Source of the DNA: an uncultured Gudongella sp.
GTDB lineage: Bacteria; Bacillota; Clostridia; Tissierellales; Tissierellaceae
DNA length: 56,566 bases
Direction: 5' to 3'
Assembly (NCBI GenBank): GCA_964604145.1
Contig: CAZRXS010000001.1
Coordinates: 1-56,566 of the forward strand
Made by a program: the position numbers and the translations under genes
The notes under the pieces: generated by a model
Database searches by the model: none
The model's input: only the letters and a program-made list of their open reading frames with translations
Told to the model about the DNA's origin: nothing
Shown here: positions 51,833 to 56,566 of the stretch, piece after piece
Layout: every line of letters starts with the position of its first letter
Numbering within the stretch: the stretch's first letter is position 1

Positions 51833-52576
51833 TTACTTGTACCTTTTTAAAACTCTATCATTTATACCATTCCAATATGCATCTTTGTATAATCTTATTC
51901 CATTTCTAGAAATAATTTTTTTTACTTCATTGTAAAGAAGATTCAAATCTTCATTTGTCAAAAGAGTATCATCCTCAGTGATAGTAGCAATACTTGATTC
52001 ACAATTCATTATTAGCTGTTTATCTAAATACTTATTAAGACTAAGCACCTTCGTTTTAATAACATTTTCAAAATAATCATTTATTAAATCTTGAAGCCTA
52101 CTACTTGAGTTTTCTTTTTGATTTAATTTGCTAAATACTTTTTCTTTTAAATTTAATGTTTTATTTGAGTTTAATTCAAAGTGAAATAAATATTTACGGT
52201 AATATAATTCATTTACAGAATATGACTTTACCGTTATCTTTTCAAGATCATTTGCTTCTTTTATATTGACAAAACCGTCCTTATAGCCTTCAAGATATAG
52301 TAACAATTCTAAACGATTAATATCCTCATGAATTAGTTCGCCTAAGTTTAAAGCAATTAGTTGATTTCCTCTCCTATTTTTTAAAAACCTACTTATGTGA
52401 TTTCTTAAAAACTTAATTGACACATACTTGGGAAATATATTTCTAATGTTATCTTCTAAATCATAGAGATTTAAAAGTATATGTATGCTATTTAAATCAT
52501 TATTAAATAAAAAATTGCGTTTTAGTCCTTCATAAAGCTCACAAAAGTTGTCATTAAATAAAGCCATAAATAGCAT
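51833..52576 (-). CDS. Hypothetical protein
   Basis: 247-aa ORF with AGAGGGGTG RBS; no family recognised. Confidence 0.7.
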   Translation of the reverse strand: MLFMALFNDNFCELYEGLKRNFLFNNDLNSIHILLNLYDLEDNIRNIFPKYVSIKFLRNHISRFLKNRRGNQLIALNLGELIHEDINRLELLLYLEGYKDGFVNIKEANDLEKITVKSYSVNELYYRKYLFHFELNSNKTLNLKEKVFSKLNQKENSSSRLQDLINDYFENVIKTKVLSLNKYLDKQLIMNCESSIATITEDDTLLTNEDLNLLYNEVKKIISRNGIRLYKDAYWNGINDRVLKRYK

Positions 52577-52794
52577 TCACCCCTCTTTACTAGACTAATA
52601 AACTTCTTAGCGCGGTAATTCTTATTATACTACAAACTTGTCAGCTTTTGTTTAATAAAACTGGATATGTTTATTACAAAAATTTAATAATAAAAATATT
52701 CATGTCTCTTTCACATTAAAACCTAGGTTTTAATGCAAGACAGTTTGATTTACCTACAAGCACAATTTTATATTTTAGGAGAATTTCCAATAAT

Positions 52795-52819
52795 AAAATA
52801 AAGGGTCCATATGGACCCC
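52795..52819 (-). terminator. Terminator after asnA
   Basis: GGGTCCATATGGACCC palindrome followed by TTTATTTT on the minus strand. Confidence 0.7.
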
Positions 52820-52825
52820 CAAGCG

Positions 52826-53815
52826 CTAAAGTAAAAAAATCCCCATTTCCTCACATTTTTTTATCTCATCATCAGACCAAACAGAAGCTTGAACTTGTCC
52901 AATATGTTTTGCTTGAAGAAAGAACATGCAAATTCTGGATTGTCCTATTCCCCCACCAATTGTATATGGAAGTTCTTTATTAATCAGCCTTTTATGATAG
53001 TCCATTTCTAACTTTTCTATAGCACCAGTTAATTCAAGTTGCTTAAGAAGTGTATTTTCATCAACTCTAATTCCCATACTAGACAATTCAATAGATTCTT
53101 CTAAAGCAGGATTCCAAAATATAATATCACCATTTAGATTCCAATCATCATAGTCAGGCGACCTTAAGTCATGGGGTATACCAGATTTTAGTTTATGTCC
53201 TATTTGATAGATAAATACTGCACCATACTCTTTTGCTATAAAGTGTTCTCTATTCTTAGCAGTCTCATTCGGCCATCTATCTTCCAATTCTTGGGAACTG
53301 ATAAAAAAGATTTCATCTGGTAGTTTTTTATATAATCTACGAGGATATAAACCATTAATAAAGCTTTCAGTAGCCTTAAAAACATCAAATATTAATTCAA
53401 CTATTTCTCTTAAAAATTCTAAATGCCTATCGCTTTTTCTAATAACTCTTTCCCAGTCCCATTGATCTACATAAATTGAATGAATATTATCTAAATATTC
53501 GTCAGGTCTTATTGCATTCATATCAGTATATATTCCTTCGCCAACTTCAAACTCATACCATTTCAGAGCCATTCTTTTCCATTTAGCAAGTGATTGAACT
53601 ATTTCTAAAGTCTGTCCATATTTTCTCATTTTAAAGGTTACAGCTTTTTCAGTCCCAGAAAGATTATCATTAAGACCTGTTTCAGGTTTTACAAAAAGAG
53701 GCGCAGAAACTCTAGTAAGATTTAAATTCTCAGCCAATCTTCTCTCAAAAAAATCCTTTATTTGTTTTATTCCCACTTGTGCCTCTCTAGCTGTAAAACC
53801 ATTTACCATCATCAT
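52826..53815 (-). CDS. asnA: Aspartate--ammonia ligase
   Basis: RVSAPLF, NDNLSG, QSLAKWKR, YVDQWDWE, R.PDYDDW and TIGGGIGQSR motifs; start at one of three tandem ATGs (53815/53812/53809), not 53914. Confidence 0.96.
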   Translation of the reverse strand: MMMVNGFTAREAQVGIKQIKDFFERRLAENLNLTRVSAPLFVKPETGLNDNLSGTEKAVTFKMRKYGQTLEIVQSLAKWKRMALKWYEFEVGEGIYTDMNAIRPDEYLDNIHSIYVDQWDWERVIRKSDRHLEFLREIVELIFDVFKATESFINGLYPRRLYKKLPDEIFFISSQELEDRWPNETAKNREHFIAKEYGAVFIYQIGHKLKSGIPHDLRSPDYDDWNLNGDIIFWNPALEESIELSSMGIRVDENTLLKQLELTGAIEKLEMDYHKRLINKELPYTIGGGIGQSRICMFFLQAKHIGQVQASVWSDDEIKKCEEMGIFLL

Positions 53816-53837
53816 TATCTCCACTCTCCTTGTAATA

Positions 53838-54092
53838 AATAAAAAACCTTCCATCCAAAATATAAAGGACGAAAGGTAAATTCGCGGTACCACCTTAGTT
53901 AGCAATAAGCTCACTTAATCCGTACAGAACTTTAAAATCTATACGTTATAGCTATAACGGGCTATCCCGTCTGAGTCTACTAAAATTTTCGATCAGATAC
54001 TCCTGGATGTTCTTCATATAGAGTCTTGTATCAGGTTTCCACCATCCCTGACTCTCTTAAACACTACACCTATACTACTCTTCCATTCAAAG
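53838..54092 (-). ncRNA. T-box riboswitch with Asn (AAC) specifier
   Basis: Minus strand: AGAGAG..GGTGGAA stem I distal motifs, GAAG-AAC-A specifier (54009-54011), AGTA, CCGTTA, T-box AAGGTGGTACCGCG (53883-53896) and terminator CCTTTCGTCC..GGATGGAAGG-TTTTTT. Confidence 0.95.
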
Positions 54093-54130
54093 TAAGTATG
54101 ACTTTATAACTCTTTTTAGAAGCCTTTTTT

Positions 54131-54159
54131 ATTATACAAAATCAAGCAACTAAAGTCAA
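54131..54159 (-). promoter_or_regulatory. Sigma-A promoter of the T-box/asnA transcript
   Basis: Minus strand TTGACT-17 nt-TATAAT. Confidence 0.85.
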
Positions 54160-54166
54160 TCCAATA

Positions 54167-54811
54167 TTATAGTTCCATTGCAAAAACTTCATGAATTTCT
54201 TCAGAGTAATCCCTAATAATATCAAGTATAAAGTAAGTCATTTTTAAGTTTAATGATAAAGCAAAATCCAAATCATTTTTAAAACTAGATTTAGCCGAAT
54301 ATTCTTCTACTACTTTTTCAATATATCTTTTTATTGTACCATGCAAAGTAATTATATTATCATCATATATATTTAAGTCATCAACAGTTATAATATTTTT
54401 TTTAAAATCGTGTTTAGGTGCATAATCATTGAGTCTAGATTCATATCTAACATGCTTAACCATAGAATCTCTAAATGTCCATCTCTTAGCATGTGGTAAA
54501 CAAACGTAATCGGATAAATAATGAGATAATATCCCAACTTTTTTACTTAGAACTTTTACTGATAATGGGTCAGTAATCTTAGATAAATCAATAAATCTAC
54601 TAACAAAAATTAATTTCATAATTTCTAATGCAACATAATTAATACTCTCATTTTGATAATGTCTAATAAATCTGTATTTTGGCAATATATCCGGAGCTAT
54701 TGAACCCCAAAGTAATTTTTCTTTATTAAGTTTTAATCCATATATATCGTATACATTATCGTATATATGTCCAGCAATAATTTTGTGAGTATCTGCAAAT
54801 ATTTTAAACAC
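54167..54811 (-). CDS. Zinc-dependent phospholipase C family protein
   Basis: N-terminal TH, GSIAPD, H, HYLSDY...H and H..YE metal-ligand pattern; no signal peptide visible. Confidence 0.75.
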   Translation of the reverse strand: MFKIFADTHKIIAGHIYDNVYDIYGLKLNKEKLLWGSIAPDILPKYRFIRHYQNESINYVALEIMKLIFVSRFIDLSKITDPLSVKVLSKKVGILSHYLSDYVCLPHAKRWTFRDSMVKHVRYESRLNDYAPKHDFKKNIITVDDLNIYDDNIITLHGTIKRYIEKVVEEYSAKSSFKNDLDFALSLNLKMTYFILDIIRDYSEEIHEVFAMEL

Positions 54812-54840
54812 TCCCTTTATTTATTTCACCAACTCCTTTG

Positions 54841-54869
54841 ATACTATAACATATAAAAACCTATGTCAA
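54841..54869 (-). promoter_or_regulatory. Probable sigma-A promoter of the Zn-PLC family gene
   Basis: Minus strand TTGACA-17 nt-TAGTAT. Confidence 0.6.
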
Positions 54870-54909
54870 CCCGATAAAATATATCATTATTGAAACAATT
54901 AGAAAAAAT

Positions 54910-55431
54910 TTATGCTTTGTTAAAATAATCATTATAAATTTTGTAGTTGTTTTCACTATATAAAATAAGATTAATGCTTTCTATGCTGCTTTCTAGTTGA
55001 GAAAAGTTTGTAATTACATTTGAAACAATTTTAACAGCTTTTTCTATTGGAAAATTATAAGCACCAGTTGATATTGATGGAAATGAAATACTCTTCAACT
55101 TGTAATCTGCAGCTAATAATAGAGAATTATAATAAGCGTTATATAGTAGTTTCTCTTCCATAGCTTTGTTTTCCCCATATATTGGCCCAACAGTATGAAT
55201 AACATATTTACTAGGTAAATCTCCTGCTGTAGTTATCCTCGCTTCCCCTGTAGGACAACCAGAATGAACTATACATTGCCTTAATATGGAAGGCCCACCT
55301 TTTTTATGTATAGCACCATCAACCCCTCCACCACCTAATAATGTATTATTAGCAGCATTTACAATTGCATCTACCTTTTCCTCTGTTATATCACCCATTT
55401 TTATTTCTAATCTTATATTATTAATTTGCAT
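54910..55431 (-). CDS. Macrodomain O-acetyl-ADP-ribose deacetylase (YmdB/MacroD-like)
   Basis: GDIT, AIVNAAN..LLGGGGVDGAIH, VIHTVGP and FPSISTGAY.FP motifs; ATG 55431 after AGGAGG. Confidence 0.93.
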   Translation of the reverse strand: MQINNIRLEIKMGDITEEKVDAIVNAANNTLLGGGGVDGAIHKKGGPSILRQCIVHSGCPTGEARITTAGDLPSKYVIHTVGPIYGENKAMEEKLLYNAYYNSLLLAADYKLKSISFPSISTGAYNFPIEKAVKIVSNVITNFSQLESSIESINLILYSENNYKIYNDYFNKA

Positions 55432-55461
55432 ATTTTTTCCTCCTTCTTTTGTCAAGTATCC

Positions 55462-56048
55462 CTAAAATATTGTTCCTTCTTTTATTAAATAATTAATAGT
55501 CTTCTGAATTTCAGCTTGAACCTTTTTATATTCTATTTCCTTCCATGCTTTTAAAAGTGGAATAAATCTAGCATTATCAGTTAATTTAATCTTTTTAATT
55601 AATAGTAATATCATGCCACGATTTCTATCTTTTAATTCCTCAACAAAGCTGTAATCATTCTTAACTAATAATTTGACAAGCTTTTGTAGTAATTCTTCTG
55701 CATAAGTTTCCCGCTCTATCTCCCAGCCAATTTTTGAAAAAATAAGCATAGGAAGCCTATCTCTATATTCAACTTTAAAATACCCATTCAATATCATCCA
55801 ATCAATTCTATTAGTTATTTGCTTTATGCTTATATCATTGTAAAATCCATAGGTCGGACATTTGTCCAATCCATATTCTAGAACTTTTTTGTCTTTAGAC
55901 CCTTTAAGAATTTTGGCTAGCATACTACGTCCACCAACAGCTATAATTTCATCTGCGGCACGAAGAATAGCTTTTATTTCTTTATCTGTTAGATAACTTA
56001 TCTCACCGCAATCCAACCCATATTTAACTTTTTGTTTTTTCTACTCAT
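55462..56048 (-). CDS. RQC (winged-helix) domain protein, RQC-minor type; 1-nt frameshift near the start
   Basis: EIKAILRAADEII..GGRSMLAKILKGSK.K...CP.YG..IDWMI..YF motif; ATG 56048 with a GAGGA RBS is 32 nt from the TTG at 56016, so out of frame by one base. Confidence 0.75.
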
Positions 56049-56256
56049 AATTATCCTCACCGATATGCTATTTAGTTTCCACTTATCTAGTGTTTTGCTA
56101 GCTAATTATGCATAATTTTGTATATTAATATTCATAAAAATTAATACTAACAAAAATTACCACTAACATTTATATTAACTAGCTCTATTCCATTAATACA
56201 CTTTTATTATACTAATTTCAACACAATTTTTCAATTTATTAAAATTCTCAAATAAT

Positions 56257-56284
56257 TAAACCCTCTTTTTTTTACGAAGAGGGC
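56257..56284 (-). terminator. Probable terminator of the tRNA operon
   Basis: Minus strand CCCTCTTCG-TAA..AAAGAGGG-TTT. Confidence 0.55.
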
Positions 56285-56334
56285 CACTTGAATATATTAA
56301 CTTAAACTTATTTATCTTTTGCAAATATTTACAA

Positions 56335-56411
56335 TGGTGTACCCGAAGGGATTCGAACCCCTGACCCCTTGGTTCGTAGCCAAGTACTCTATCCAGCTGA
56401 GCTACGGGTAC
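56335..56411 (-). tRNA. tRNA-Arg (ACG)
   Basis: GTACCCG acceptor, anticodon arm CTTGG-CTACGAA-CCAAG, GGTTCGAATCC, encoded CCA. Confidence 0.95.
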
Positions 56412-56419
56412 AATTTTAG

Positions 56420-56494
56420 TGGAGCGGAAGACGAGATTCGAACTCGCGACCCTCGCCTTGGCAAGGCGATGCTCTACCACTGAGCCACTTCCGC
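56420..56494 (-). tRNA. tRNA-Gly (GCC)
   Basis: GCGGAAG acceptor, anticodon arm TCGCC-TTGCCAA-GGCGA, GTTCGAATC, encoded CCA. Confidence 0.95.
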
Positions 56495-56516
56495 ATATGC
56501 CGATATTAAGTATAAA

Positions 56517-56566
56517 TGGTGGAGGAGACTGGATTCGAACCAGTGAAAGCTCAGCTAACGGATTTA
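56517..56566 (-). tRNA. tRNA-Tyr (probably GTA), 3' portion only; cut by the window edge
   Basis: ..TAAATCCG, long variable arm, GGTTCGAATCC, TCTCCTCCACCA; the first anticodon base is outside the window. Confidence 0.75.

Noticed and set aside
56100-56220. AATTATGCATAATT palindrome and ACTAAC/ACTAAC/ACTAGC at 16-nt spacing upstream of the RQC gene
   Set aside because: Too short and AT-rich to separate from chance; not a CRISPR or iteron array
56256-56480. 74-aa minus-strand ORF
   Set aside because: It is a translation of the tRNA-Gly and tRNA-Arg genes

Overview
Low-GC Firmicutes chromosome segment, probably Clostridia/Tissierellia-like (inferred from gene content and order). Almost all genes lie on the minus strand; only rpmB, rqcH and tRNA-Pro are on plus. 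The content is mostly conserved housekeeping blocks: yloC-gmk-rpoZ-coaBC-priA-def-fmt-rsmB-rlmN-prpC-prkC-rsgA-rpe-thiT-thiN / rpmB / yloU-fakA-recG; yggS-sepF-ylmG-ylmH-divIVA-lspA-rluD; glyA-der-plsY-gpsA; and ruvCAB-spoIID-queA-tgt-yajC-secDF-recJ-rel-dtd-aspS. It also has a TPP riboswitch, an Asn T-box in front of asnA, and four tRNAs (one cut by the window edge). I found no CRISPR array, transposase, integrase or prophage, and I cannot support a large novel system. The notable signals are hidden lesions and remnants that the ORF track misses: an in-frame TAA splitting priA, a 59-aa internally deleted RemA-like ORF, a collapsed hemZ pseudogene followed by an orphan T-box-type terminator in front of aspS, a 1-nt frameshift at the start of an RQC-domain gene coupled to a macrodomain gene, and a nested-palindrome element between the TPP riboswitch terminator and thiT. 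All family assignments come from motif recognition by eye; no database search was run.
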